Position numbers and translations under genes: made by a program. The notes below the pieces were generated by a model, which saw only the letters and a program-made list of their open reading frames with translations, made no database searches and was not told the origin of the DNA. A DNA stretch of 64,000 nt, taken from Octopus sinensis (taxonomy: Eukaryota). The stretch is taken from contig NC_042997.1 of assembly GCF_006345805.1 (NCBI RefSeq), forward strand, positions 84,382,001 to 84,446,000. The letters run 5' to 3'. This document shows, piece by piece, positions 1-12,734 of this stretch; the first letter of the stretch is position 1, and every line of letters starts with the position of its first letter.

Positions 1-53
1 ATAAATAAATTATAAGTACTTTAAAATAGGAAGTTACTTTTCAATCACACTGT

Positions 54-113
<60 letters not shown>

Positions 114-152
114 AATATATATATATACATATATATATATACATATATGCGT

Positions 153-395
153 GTGCTACTTTATTATCTCCCTTTCTTCCTAGTTCTCCTGTGTGACCCC
201 TCTGTCCGGCATTCGCCATGGTAGATCGCGAGCCACTATACATCCTTTATCTTCTCTCCCTGATTCTTTCTGTGTTCCTTTCTGTGGAAGAGTGTAGGCT
301 CGAAACGTTAAAGACTTTTTCCCTTCCCGAGCGTTAAACTAATACATCTGTTTGTTGTCTACACCACTTGTCTTCGTCTTTTGTTTTTTATGTGA
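153..395 (+). mobile_element. PLE-type terminal (pseudo-LTR/3' UTR) fragment between (TA)n tracts
   Basis: Pyrimidine-rich non-coding block bounded by TA microsatellites; contains a hammerhead-like motif (GAAACGTT) of the kind found at PLE ends. Confidence 0.55.
278..313 (+). ncRNA. Minimal hammerhead-like motif with variant core
   Basis: cttt-CTGTGGAA-gag tgtagg ctc-GAAA-cg-TT-aaag: stem I 4 bp, stem II 3 bp, palindromic stem III (ACGT); core departs from CUGANGA. Confidence 0.4.
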
Positions 396-403
396 ATTCT
401 CCC

Positions 404-462
<59 letters not shown>

Positions 463-660
463 ATATATATAAATAAATATACATATATATATATACACAT
501 GCATATGCATATACATATACATACACACACACACACACACACATACACCACACATACACACACACATATATATATATATATATTATATATATATATATTA
601 TATATATATTATATATGTATATATTTAAAGCGCAAAAGAAAACTGACGAAAAATGCACCT

Positions 661-832
661 AAAACAACTTTCGTGGTTGTATGGTAAGAAGCTTGCTTCG
701 CAACAACATGTTTCAAGGTTCAGTCCCACAGCGTGGCACCTTGGACAAGTGTCTTCCACTATAGCCTTGGGCAAACCACAGCCTTGTGAGTGGATTTGGT
801 AGACGGAAAATGAAAGAAGCCCGTCGTGTGTG

Positions 833-880
<48 letters not shown>

Positions 881-1120
881 CATATATATGTATGTATGTA
901 TGTGTGTGTGTGCGTGCGCACGTGTAAGTTTTTTAGTGTCTGTGTTCGTCTCCTACCACCGTTTGACAACCAGTGTTGGCGTGTGTACGTCCCCGTAATC
1001 GAGCGGGTCGACAAAAGATACTGATAGAATTAATAATAGGCTTAAAAAATAAATCCTTCAAAGTGGTACTTCAGCATGGCCTCAGTCAAATGGTTGAAAG
1101 AAGTAAAAGAATAAAAGAAA
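661..1120 (+). mobile_element. tRNA-derived SINE, family A, with internal microsatellite
   Basis: Head aagaagcttgcttc...ggttcagtcccac-gcgtggcaccttgg recurs at about 6955, 14775, 60715 and 61812. Confidence 0.85.
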
Positions 1121-1239
1121 AGATTGTATAGCGCATAAAAAATGCATTTGAATTTGAGATTTATTTTAAGCAAAGGAAGTCAATCAGAAAACACATAGTT
1201 AAAGAGGATACACATTACCACTACATCGGTTACGTGGTG

Positions 1240-1665
1240 AGAGAGAAGACTGTGACCTACTGGTATCAGAGTGTAAGAACCTGGTGCGGATACAATACAG
1301 GGACTCGAAAAATATGGCAAAATAATAAGCATTGATGCATTGATGACTTTGTAAAACGTACAATTACAACAGTAAGAAACGTAGTATAAACGTTGACCAA
1401 TGAAAGTTGTTTTCGATAAAGCAAACTATTTTCTTGCATGTCTGGACATAAAAATCAAGACAAACAAGGAACTGGAAGTAGATATGCTACAGAGAGGTAA
1501 TAGAACTTATATGGGATTAGATGTAACCAGCCCTCTTGACATCAAGGTGAGGGAAAAAGAAAGATATAGACACCAAGAGATAAAGAAGGAGTTAAAAAGG
1601 CTTTGGAACTGTAAGGAAGTAAGGTTAATTGAATCTCAAGGTACAGTGTTTGAAAATATCACCAA
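1240..1665 (+). pseudogene. Decayed RLE-type (R4/Dong-like) LINE C-terminal fragment
   Basis: LDVTSPLDIKVREKERYRHQEIKKELKRLWNCKEV resembles the RLE region seen intact at 26472-26825. Confidence 0.6.
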
Positions 1666-1746
1666 ACGTTCTTCTATAATCATAAGTGACACGGAGTTAG
1701 TGAGCCCACCGGTTTCGTCTACTGAACATGAAGCCGCTAACCGTCT

Positions 1747-1810
1747 TCACGTATTCAACACATGCCCTAGGATTCTAGCTGTGTCAAGAAGACACACTTT
1801 CTATTGTAGT
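1747..1810 (-). pseudogene. RLE LINE extreme C-terminus remnant
   Basis: Minus-strand KVCLLDTARILGHVLNT* parallels IALLGTAHILRRTLSIQ* at the end of the 26472-26825 ORF. Confidence 0.5.
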
Positions 1811-2335
1811 GCACCATTCAGGTGACAACTCTCCAGCCCATGAGACTGTTTGGGCTGTTGATACTGTTAAGGGTTTTATAAGGTCGGAGTGCAAACGTAT
1901 CTGTTTTAGTTGCCATTTACGACACGCAGAGAAGACGTTGGGACTATTCTTTGACATACCGATTCCCACCTAGCCTGTGATGCTGAAGTCAAATGGTTTG
2001 TTCTTCAAAGCAGATTGTACGAAGTCTATATTCATCTTCATATTCTCCGAGATCGAGATAATCATATGCTTATGTGATGTTGATGACTGATTGCTGGAGT
2101 TCCTGATGTGTGTGATACAGAGCAGCACTGCCACCAGCGTTTTGTAGCTCTGAAATGCGTTGCATTTGGATAAACTGATGTGATTGAAATCTGGCTATGT
2201 TAAATAGTTCACCAACAAAACCGCATCTGATATCAATATCAATATATTTATATATATACATATATACTGTACGTATAATACATATAAAATATGATGCACA
2301 CATTCACACACAGATATTCTACAATATAAAGAAGA

Positions 2336-3221
2336 CTAGCAGAAAGACCGCATTCCGGAGGTCTTTTCACATTTGATTCCCAATTCTAATAACTTTCATG
2401 ATATTTTACGTCTAATTACTTGCTTAGTAAATATTGCTTTCATTATTTTATCATAGTCATAATCTCTCTTTTTTTAAACAAACATCAAGGTAGTCTAGCT
2501 ACAGCGGGGAAGCAGTTTGTCAAGTTTTACTTTCTCCTCAAAGCAACATGGATATTTCAATTCAGCAACCCATCTGTAAGCTTTGCAGTGTGTGCATGAG
2601 AGCGAGATATATATATATATATATAGAGAGGGGGAGAATTTCGCTGAGGGTGGAGAGAGGAGTTTCGGAAAATTCACACGATCCGACATTTTTCCCTTCA
2701 TAACTTTCAGGAAAAGGGGTATCTTTTAATGGAAGTTTATACAAACACCTTTCAAACGGAATAGGTTATGGTTATAAAGAAATGTGTGAGGAAAATTTTT
2801 CCGAAAGTGATGGGGAGAGGAGTTTTGGTAAAACGGAGTTTCGGATCAGGAAGACCAAATAAGAACTACTCTGCTTTGACGGGGATATTCCCCATTTTTT
2901 TTAAACCAAAATCTTCGAAATGATGGGGTGGGAGCGAGGCATCTTTAAAAAATTTTTTTTACTACCTCACCTCCCTCTTCGTCTAACTCCGGACAATTCA
3001 AGTGAGGTTTGGCTGTTGTTTCTAGCACAACCCAAACAACCCTCCGTTTTCATGGTCACATGTATGATGTTTTTTCAAGAATTTTCTCTCATTAAACACA
3101 TTTTATGGAATAATGATGCCGAAGTAACACACGCGTGGTCCATTGGTGGAATATAAACAACAAAGAAAAAATTGTAATCTAAATTTTTACTCCGACCTCA
3201 ATCAAGCGAATCTCTGTGTGT

Positions 3222-3275
<54 letters not shown>

Positions 3276-4122
3276 CTGTAAGAAAAAACTTTTCTAACAC
3301 AAAAGTATGTTATTAAAATGAATCATAATTTACGTAACTCTTTTAAAAAATCACTGTGGATAAATGCCAGCAATGACTTGCTAAGGCTCTCCGATATTTT
3401 AAATTATAAACAGAAGCAATCGGGGGCAGGGAGTACGGTTGCAAAAAAATTATAATTTTTCAAATTTAATTTTTTATAGCATATAAATGCATTTATGAGG
3501 AGAAAATATTGAAAAACGTCAATACATGCGAGAGTGATAAAGAAACGAGGAGGGTTGTCTTGAGATGCTAGAAACAACACCCAAATATCCCTTAAATCTC
3601 TCACTTTTCCCTGTGAAAATATTTACTTTTTTCCCGAAAAGGCCTCTCCCATGGTTTTTAAGTAAAAATGTGGCCAAAATCGGTTCGGATAGTTATAATT
3701 GTAAGGCCACAACAAAGAGCCATAACAACAAAATCGCTTCTTAATTTTTTTACAAAAATTATATCGGTATATAAAAAATGTTCATTCAATAAATAATGTT
3801 TTACATTACGTCTATTGAATAAACTGTGGGTTTTTCAAATAGCGAATTAAAACTTGCAATGCAAACATTGAAATAAAGAATGAGAGGTTTTGCAAATTAA
3901 AACGGAATACTCCGCAGTGAATGCAACCAATATTTAAATTTGTGAAAAATTGGAGTTAAAAAATTCAATAAAATTCAGAAATTGAAATTATAAGAAATTT
4001 CTTGGAACATGAATTTAGAAAAAAATTTCCAGACGAACAAGCCTTTAATAATAGCTTTCTTTTAGTAACTATTATTAATTACATACCTAATTAATAAGCA
4101 GCTTTCTCCATTATAATATAGA
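2336..4122 (-). mobile_element. Non-autonomous Helitron-like element, probably composite or nested
   Basis: Minus strand starts A|TCTATATTATAA at 4122 and ends CTAG|T at 2336, with hairpin aaagacc/ggtcttt (2343-2366) near the 3' end. Confidence 0.5.
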
Positions 4123-4480
4123 TTAACTGTGTAAATGAACCGAGAAATTAATGAAGAAGTTATAAGTATTTAAAGGGCATTCCGGGTACTAACTAATTTG
4201 AGTCTTAATAATTGCAACACACTGCAAGTTTAATTTCTCTCGTTAGATTAACAATATTTTCAATTATAAAAATTGTATAGATAGTTTTGTAATTTTCTGA
4301 AATCCACTTCTGTTCAACAATTGTGAGCGAACGACAATTACGTGGATTTCATTTCTATATGGTATATAATACGTAATATGGTAAATAATACGTAATATAA
4401 TATAATGTAATATAATACAATATATTTGCATGATTATTTATGTATATGTATATATATATTTTATTTTATACTGTTTCATT

Positions 4481-4590
4481 CTCTCTCTCTCTCACACACA
4501 TACACATATACAAATACGCGTTCTGCTACACCCGTTTTGGTCTACACTTTTGAATCACCCATTTCTCGTCCTTTTCCATCTGTTACTTCC
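4481..4590 (+). repeat. Approx. 110-bp direct repeat, second copy at 6285-6407
   Basis: Near-identical tacaaatacgcgttctgctacac...ccatctgttacttc at both loci, flanking a PLE endonuclease remnant. Confidence 0.9.
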
Positions 4591-5099
4591 TGAAGATTTC
4601 ATCTGAATGAAATAGTTCTAGTCCTGTAGAAGCTCCTTCTATAAAATAAATTACTTTACTCTGCTATGTATTGAGTACCTTATTTACTGTGGTTAACCCC
4701 GACTCAACCCGGGACCTACATATATATATGCACAATATATATATATATATATATATATATGTGTATATATATACATATATGTATACAAATATGTGTGTGT
4801 ATACATGTATGTTTATACAATGTCTATATGTGTATATGTGTATATGGGTGTATCTGTATGTGCGTACGTTTATATTCACAAATGAATGGGATTCATGCGA
4901 AAGAAAATGTATAATGTGAACAGTTATTGTAGATTTGTGACTAATAAGTGAGTGTTCTGAGTTTCACATTTAGTCATTTTACTTAACTAATTTTTAATTG
5001 ATATATTCGTTACATTTATACATGAAATATAAATGGCCGGCTGGTTATTTGATGAGAATATACAACAATTTACAGATTTTTGAACGCACTTTCTGTTAC

Positions 5100-5650
5100 T
5101 TTCAGTTTATCCGTTTTAGCAGATTCTGTCGTAACCATGACCTGAGACACTTTATCAAATCCCGCTCCATCTACTTATTCGATACCACCCATTCCCCTCC
5201 CTCTGCTACTCATTCTCTCCTTTAAGCGTGCTCGCATTGCTCCTTCTTCCATGCAACTGGCTCCAACCAGGTCATTTTTTTGCTCCCGGCCCCACTTCCA
5301 TAACCGCCTTTTATTTTCAACACCACCATCCTCATTATACCCAGCCACCCCAACTTCCTCGTTAGGGATTCTTACCGATGCACTAATACCAACCTCATAT
5401 ATGCACTACAATTCACTCCACAGCGAGTAAACTGGCTGCCGCCTGTCTGACAAGTTCTTAGAGCACCTCAAGATCACACTTGTCTCTCGATATTACCGAT
5501 CCTCTGACCCCTCCACTCAATAACTCTGGGTTTTCACTTTGGTCTTCACCACCAGATCTCCCATTACTCGCTTCCAGAGGGAACAGACGTTCGTCATTTT
5601 TTCAAAGCTTACACGCCTTATAACATGAATTCACCCACTTATTTTCTAAT
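5100..5650 (+). pseudogene. PLE GIY-YIG endonuclease remnant (frameshifted)
   Basis: DSYRCTNTNLIYAL / TGCRLSDKFLEHLK / RFQREQTFVIF match the PLE pattern C-x-x-x-N-x-I-Y...TG-x-x-L-x-x-RF-x-EH...R-x-x-x-E. Confidence 0.7.
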
Positions 5651-6284
5651 CTGCGCTGACCCCTCAGCATCTGTTCCAGAATTACGCACCTCATCCTTCT
5701 GCTCTCTTTTCATCTCTTTTCTCCAAACTCCTCTTGGATCTACACTTCACCTGCCCCGCCTATATTTACACCATATCCCTCCCCATCCCATATATACGCT
5801 CTGCCTCCACATACACTAAAACAGCTTTCACATACACTTGCATTTACATCCTTTACGTAGACACGCATACACACACAAAAAAAAAAAACACATACACATA
5901 CATACTCTTCTATTCACCTATCATCTTGCTTTTTGACTCACACAAGCGTGAAAATGCATAGGCACGTTGATATACAGACACAGATTTCCATACACACTTC
6001 CTCTTCACATAAACCGGCAAACATACACTTCCATTCCCTAAACACCATCTCTTTAACACCTAGTCTTACCACTGTGTGGACACATATGCTTACACCCACC
6101 TACCTTTTTCATATGGTCGTGCACGTACACACACGCACACATGCACACATTCACTGGAATTCTCACGTATATTTCCTTCTGCTCTTTGGCCATTTAATTA
6201 ATTTATGTACGCATATGCACACAAAAGCATGCACACCGATACATTGATACACTCATAACACCCTACACCTACTCTTCACATATG

Positions 6285-6317
<33 letters not shown>

Positions 6318-6954
6318 ACACATATACAAATACGCGTTCTGCTACACTCGTTTTGGTCTACACTTTTGAATCACCCATTTCTATCGTCCTTTTCCATCTG
6401 TTACTTCTGATTGGCCGCTACTCAGTTTGTAGCCTTGCTTACATCTATTCACAAACCCATTCACGCAACTTTTGTTACTCATTCACGCTACTTCTTCTGT
6501 TGTGTCTTTCCATGCGCTTACTTTTTCTTTCAATTTCAGCAGCCATTTTCTTTCATTGAACCAATGTCTTGCTTTTCCCCTTCTTACTTCTATGTTATTT
6601 CATCTTCTTTTTGGATTGAATACACCATTTACCTTGGACACTTTTTACCATCTTCTGAACTCTTTACCAATTTCTCGGACTGTCTACCAATTTCTTGGAC
6701 ATTTTGCTAAACTTTCAAATTTTCTTCTCATCTTGAAATTCAAAATTCTCCAGCATTTTTTCTCCCATTTTCGAATTTTGGCATAAAACTTCCTTCTTTG
6801 TTTCACAGATACACGCCTGAAAAAACGTTTAACCACTACTTGTTCTGGTTAATGTACTTGCACACACATGAATAAAATACTCCACCTTGTTCTTGCCATT
6901 TCATATGCTCCTTCAATACTTCTCATATTCTCACACACACACTTTCACACAACC

Positions 6955-7355
6955 TACTTAGGCGTAGCTGTATTTTAAGAAGTTTGCTTATCAACCACAT
7001 TGTTCTGGGTTCAGTCCCACAGCGTGGCACCTTGGCAAGTGTCTCCTACTATGGCCGACGAAAGCCTTGTGAGTGAATTTGGTAGACTAAAACTGAAAGA
7101 AGCCACTTACGCACACACACATGTATTTATGTATGTATATATGGGCGTGTGCATGTATGTGTCTTTGTGTTTGTACTTGTCCCTCAACACCACTTGACAA
7201 TTGGTGTTGGTTTGTTTTCGTCCTCGAAAATTAGTGCCTCGGCGAAAAGAGACCGCTGAAATAAATACCAGACTTTAAATTAAAACAAAAATAAGTACGG
7301 GGGTCGATTTGTTTGATTAAACCTTAAAGACTGAAACTAGTAAAAAATAAAAGAT
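6955..7355 (+). mobile_element. SINE family A
   Basis: Same head, body and tail as 661-1120. Confidence 0.8.
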
Positions 7356-7543
7356 ATAAAAGCTATCAACAATTAACCCCCACGCCAAGTAACGTCTCCA
7401 CATTTCCACGCGCGTACACATCTATGCACGTACACCGCACTAATTACACACGAACAACATTATGCCTCAGACCCATTCCCAGACACTGTCACACTCGGAT
7501 ACCTGCACCAACACACCCGTTCTTCGTCCTTCTTTATTCCTTT

Positions 7544-7547
<4 letters not shown>

Positions 7548-7605
<58 letters not shown>

Positions 7606-7782
7606 GAATAGAGAGAAACAGACAGATAGTCAGAGATAGCGCGTGTGTAATGAGTGTGTGAGAGCAAGAGGGAGAAAGCGAGAAAGAGAAAGAGAGAAAA
7701 TGACAGGCAGACAGAGAGAAAACAGACATATAGACAGACAGATAGTGTGTGTATGAGTGAGTGTGTGAGAGCAAGAAGGGCA

Positions 7783-7830
<48 letters not shown>

Positions 7831-7870
7831 AAGACAGACAGAGAGTGTGTGTATGTGTGAGACAGTGTGT

Positions 7871-7901
<31 letters not shown>

Positions 7902-8000
7902 TGAAGACAGAGAGACAGAGAGACGGTTAGAGAGTGTTTATATGCGTGTGAGAGTACGTAAGAGAGAGGGGGTGAAAGAGATAGAGAGAGAGAGGGGAAG
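7548..8000. repeat. (GA)n/(GACA)n/(GT)n compound microsatellite
   Basis: Direct reading. Confidence 0.95.
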
Positions 8001-8624
8001 AGAAAGAAACAAAAACTGAAATAGACAAACTGAACCCATAATTTTCCGTGCTTGAAATTCAAGCTCAGCAAATTAGCTGGTAATAAATCTCAGAATTAAT
8101 TTATTTTTTAATAACTCATTCTTTTCCTTCTGCAAATATGTTTTCCTCTGTCTTTTCTTCGTGAATCGTTGTGTAATATTTAGGTAAGTTACAGTGAAGC
8201 TATGCTACCGCTGATGAAACTCCACGAACAGAAACATATCCAAAGTTATCTCCCCTACCTGCTGGAATATGAATTTAAAAGTATTATTTCCTTCCATCAA
8301 TCTTATCTAAGATTATTAATGCTCTCTTGTATTAAATACATAAATCAGTGTAGGATTTAGTTTGGTCCAGTTTTAATCCTGAGGTCAATACTCACTACAG
8401 TTGATTTGAACTTTTTTTTTCATTCGTATTTGCTCCATAACTATACGTAGCCGTAATATGTTAATTTCATTCTATAAAACTGATCCCGTGCTTGGTGAAA
8501 AAAGAAATCGTTTATTTGTTTTGAGAGGGCAAACTGGTTTCGATCTTATTCATTCATGCCATTACAGAACTAAATAGGTCTAGACTTGACACAAAAGTAT
8601 GGAGTGTTGAGGGAGAAGTGAGAA

Positions 8625-8663
<39 letters not shown>

Positions 8664-8878
8664 AGGAGAGAAATTAAAGCGAGAAAACGAGGCGGAGGAA
8701 AAGCTATGAAGAGGTAGGGACGATACTTAATTCATGCATACGAAAAATGTAGTTAAATGCGCAAATACCGAACGCGCCAACAAACTTTCTGACGTTCATA
8801 CACATATATATACATATATATATGTATATACATACATACATACATACATATATATATATATAATATATATATATATAT

Positions 8879-8941
<63 letters not shown>

Positions 8942-8978
8942 TATACATATATATATACATATATATATACATATACAT

Positions 8979-9022
<44 letters not shown>

Positions 9023-9332
9023 TAATATATATATAAAGTCAAACGTATTCACAATTAAAACACATGCATAGTCACTGTATCTCTCACATTCGCTCACACA
9101 AATGCACACACATACGCACACACCTACACACACCGGAATCGCATTGTATTTTCCAACATGTGCGTGAAGATGTTTGTGTTGCTGTTGTTCATGCTGTTGT
9201 TCATCATGGTCGTCAACGCTGTCATTGTTGTAATTTTTCATGTCATAATTGAGTCTGTTGTTGCTTTTGCTATATTGTTGCTGTCAGTGTTGCTTTCGAA
9301 AAAAAAAACGAATAATAATAATAATAATAATA

Positions 9333-9371
<39 letters not shown>

Positions 9372-9736
9372 TGGTGGTGGTGGTGATGATGATGATGATG
9401 ATAAATAACTCAAAACAAAAATTAAAAGAAACAAACAACATTTTCATCCTTTCTTTTCGCACTTTTTCTTTTGTTTTCGTTTCCCTATCTTTCTTTTTTT
9501 TCCCCTTTTTCTCGTTCACAATATTCATATTCAGACATAAACCCTACATAAATATATTTTCACGTTTGCTTTTATCTCCACGATTGGTTGCAAATTTTAT
9601 GAACAATAATGGAGTGAAGTTTAAAAAATGGAAGCACATCACAATGAAATACGAATGACGTATTGGTGGTTTCCATCCTTTATTTGGGTCTTCTCTCCAC
9701 CGAATAGCAATAAAAATACTCTGCAATAGGGTGCCT

Positions 9737-10262
9737 TTACCACATGTTCACGAGTATAGAGTTCTGTGTCAGGCGTTCCTTAAGCCTTCTGTCCCACCAT
9801 ACCACGAAAAGACTGGCCACATCACCGGCGATACTAACGCCGATGGCTGTCCCCTCGTCCTGGACGTATATTTCGTTGTTAAACGTGTGGCCTTTTAGGG
9901 TAACTCTTGCACTAGCTCCTAGTGCGATCATTTTCTTTACCTGATAAACATTTGCGGGGGTCCGTAATGGCTTGGTCCATCCACTCCATCTCTCTATAGG
10001 AGTTTTCCTAGCCATAGAAGTAATTATGGGTGGTCTACCTCTTAAACGTCCACTAGGGCAGAAACTACTAAGGTCGTGTTTATCTAAATATTCATTGTCA
10101 TATGTCAGTCTAAGTAGGAGGCCCAGTTCCTCTGTGTTGACATTGCGGAACTCCACTTCGCTCTCGTTGATCATCTCCACGCACTTTTCCACCGCAAAAT
10201 CCACGTCGATAGATGGGTATAGGGATACCACATCCATGCTATCCATAGTCGTTTCTCCGAAA
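9737..10262 (-). pseudogene. Penelope-like reverse transcriptase fragment (motifs A-B', truncated before YxDD)
   Basis: SMDVVSLYPSID and YVQDEGTAIGVSIAGDVASLF are PLE RT motifs; stop-free for about 175 aa; the ORF track start at 10369 is microsatellite-derived. Confidence 0.85.
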
Positions 10263-10399
10263 ATCATTATAATTAGTCGCTCAACAACAACAACGACGAC
10301 GACAACAACAAAAATAGTTGTTTGATAGGCACAAGGCTTGAAATTTTGGGGGAAGGGACCCCACTGCATATATCTTGGAATCGAGTAGCATATATCTCT

Positions 10400-11330
10400 G
10401 CCGATCGATCAAAGATCGAATTATAGGCTCATTTCTACGTTAGCCTCTGCCATTCGAATGGCTTTAGTTTGATTATGTTTGACAACGCACACCCAAGCTC
10501 TGACAACGCAAACTTCGTGCTTAGCAATTAAAAAATGGCCTTGAGACAATTTCGCTGCCAATCTGGTAGCCGCAATATCTTTCCTCAGTGCCTCTCCTAT
10601 GTTCCTAACTATGTTCTTCTGCACAAGAATTCTTTGTGACTACTTGCTTACTATACATTATCAAAACTAACCTAACAACCCTTTTCAATGCTAAGCGCCA
10701 TCAGTGGTTGATTGCTTCCGTCAACCTAGGCTTAATTAGTTCTCTAATCTGGTCTCTATAAGCTTGTCGCGCTGGGAAAGACGTGTTCAGTTTCCAGTCT
10801 CTAAGCAGCCTCCCATAATCAACCGTACAAATCATAAATTTGTGGTCTGAAGAGGCGACTAATTTGAACTCTGGACTCTCTATCCTATCTCTTACTGCTG
10901 GACTACAATTACTCTATTTAGATACGATCTGAACAACGGCACCTGTTAGATAGTTAAAAATGTCCGAGCAGATTTGAGAGGCTTTTGCAGCCCCTCATCT
11001 TTCAGCCAGCGCTGCAAATCCTAACATACATCCAAGATGGCATTCCAATCGTCCATTACCAAGGAAACCTCCGAATGTCTGACCTGTTTGTCCTACATTT
11101 GTCGGGTCGGAGGTAACTACTAGTCTTAGCTACTTTTCATGTCTAGGATCACCAACTTACTGCCCGGGTCCAGGAAGATCGACCATATTTTCAGACCTAA
11201 GTCTTTCAGAAGACTGACGCTCTGCCTCCCATTTCCGTCGAATCAAAGATGAGTAGTTCTCAAATCATAAAAAATGGACAACATAGCACGTGTGACGGAA
11301 ATCTCGGTCTTGAATGGCTATCACATTCAT
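10400..11330 (-). pseudogene. Tx1/L1-type LINE ORF2 5' part (APE endonuclease and linker), decayed
   Basis: SLVMDDWNAILD (GDFN-like), FRSYLNRVIV (SRLDR-like), SSDHKF and DWKLNTSF motifs with in-frame stops; sequence to about 12150 may be an ORF1 remnant. Confidence 0.7.
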
Positions 11331-12670
11331 TGCTAGTGGCATCACTACTTCTGATATGACTCCTGGGCTACATGCATTTATGCAACCCACTTAAAGTTGA
11401 CTTGGTTGTAGAAAAGAAGGCAGGAAAAAAATGGTCATCTATCTTTGGATTTTCTTTAGGCAATCAAGTGTATAAAAATCCCTTTTCTGGGCGAGGTTCC
11501 TTGGGAAACCCTAAAATAGCGTATATGAGGCTACTCAGATTCCTAAAGCCATATAGGAAATCCTTATATCTCTCTAATGGTAGTTTTACCCATTTTAAGT
11601 TCCCTAGGATTTTCATAGTACTTTAATTGAAAGCCTGCCCTCTGTCACTAACTCGCCACTCTGTGTTATATATGAAAGTATGATGGTAGCACTTTAGCTT
11701 TTCACTTACTAGTACAAAATCGGAAGGGGGTGCAATATGTTGTTGTGCAGAGTAGTGCATTGGGGATGGTATTTGTTCTGATTGTTGTTGGATAATGTGT
11801 TTGCCTGCGGATCTGTCTGCCCTAGATGCTTAATATCTTGGCATACCTCAAGTGGACCGTTTCTACTTGTGCGGTAGTGATCATCACCTCTCTCGTATCA
11901 ACAAACTCTACTCTCTTACTCTCGTCTCTCACACCAAATGACTCTAACATAGCTCAATCTCCTCTCCCTGCTCTTTCTACTGCTACTACAGTGGCCTCAG
12001 TTCTTCGAAGATAGGTGGTCCTGCGTCACCTTCAATCTGGAACTCCCAAATCAGTCACCTCTCCTCATATCGCCACGTATGTTAAAGGCTTCCCATTCCT
12101 CACACTAACCAATATGTCCTGACCTTCCTCTGCAGAACATATATCTGTAAGCACCTCTCTGTACATTCATTTTACTCCAGTAGCCGTTCATTTGCAACAG
12201 TTAAAGAGAAATATTAACTGCGTTGATCTCATCGTATTGCAGGCCCGGAGAAGGACATGGGTACAAAATACTTTTGCAGACCAACCCATTAAAAAGTAAG
12301 ACACTTTATTCGGATTCCTGTCAACGCTGCTATTGCAATAGCCTCCTTGCCTCTAATATTATCGATTTTCTAACATGGAAAAAAATCTGTGATTTCATTT
12401 TGTCCCAATACCCCGCTGGTATTTATTGGTCCTAGAAGGACGAAATACAAAATTTACCTCGACTAGATTACAAGACATTACATAATGGACCGTAACTAAA
12501 CACCACAAGGAATTTCGTCCAACTGCGTATCGATACAGTATTCAGTAACATGGATTTCTTCTACTGACACAAGGCCACAAATTTGGGATTTGGGGATTTA
12601 GGTGGGGAGATATATTCGATTACATGCACACAGTACTTGGTTAGGGATTTATTTTATTGTATTTTATTGT

Positions 12671-12734
12671 TCTCTTGAGGAATGAAAGAAAAAGTCAATC
12701 CCGCTGGCAAAATTTAATTTACCATCTGATTTAA
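12671..12734. repeat. 64-bp segment duplicated at 14312-14375
   Basis: tctcttga(g/a)gaatgaaagaaaaagt(c/t)aatc(c/t)cgctggcaaaatttaatttaccatctgatttaa, 3 mismatches. Confidence 0.9.

Noticed and set aside
8211-8250. CTGATGA followed by GAAA
   Set aside because: No stem II or stem III can be formed; not at a PLE-like end
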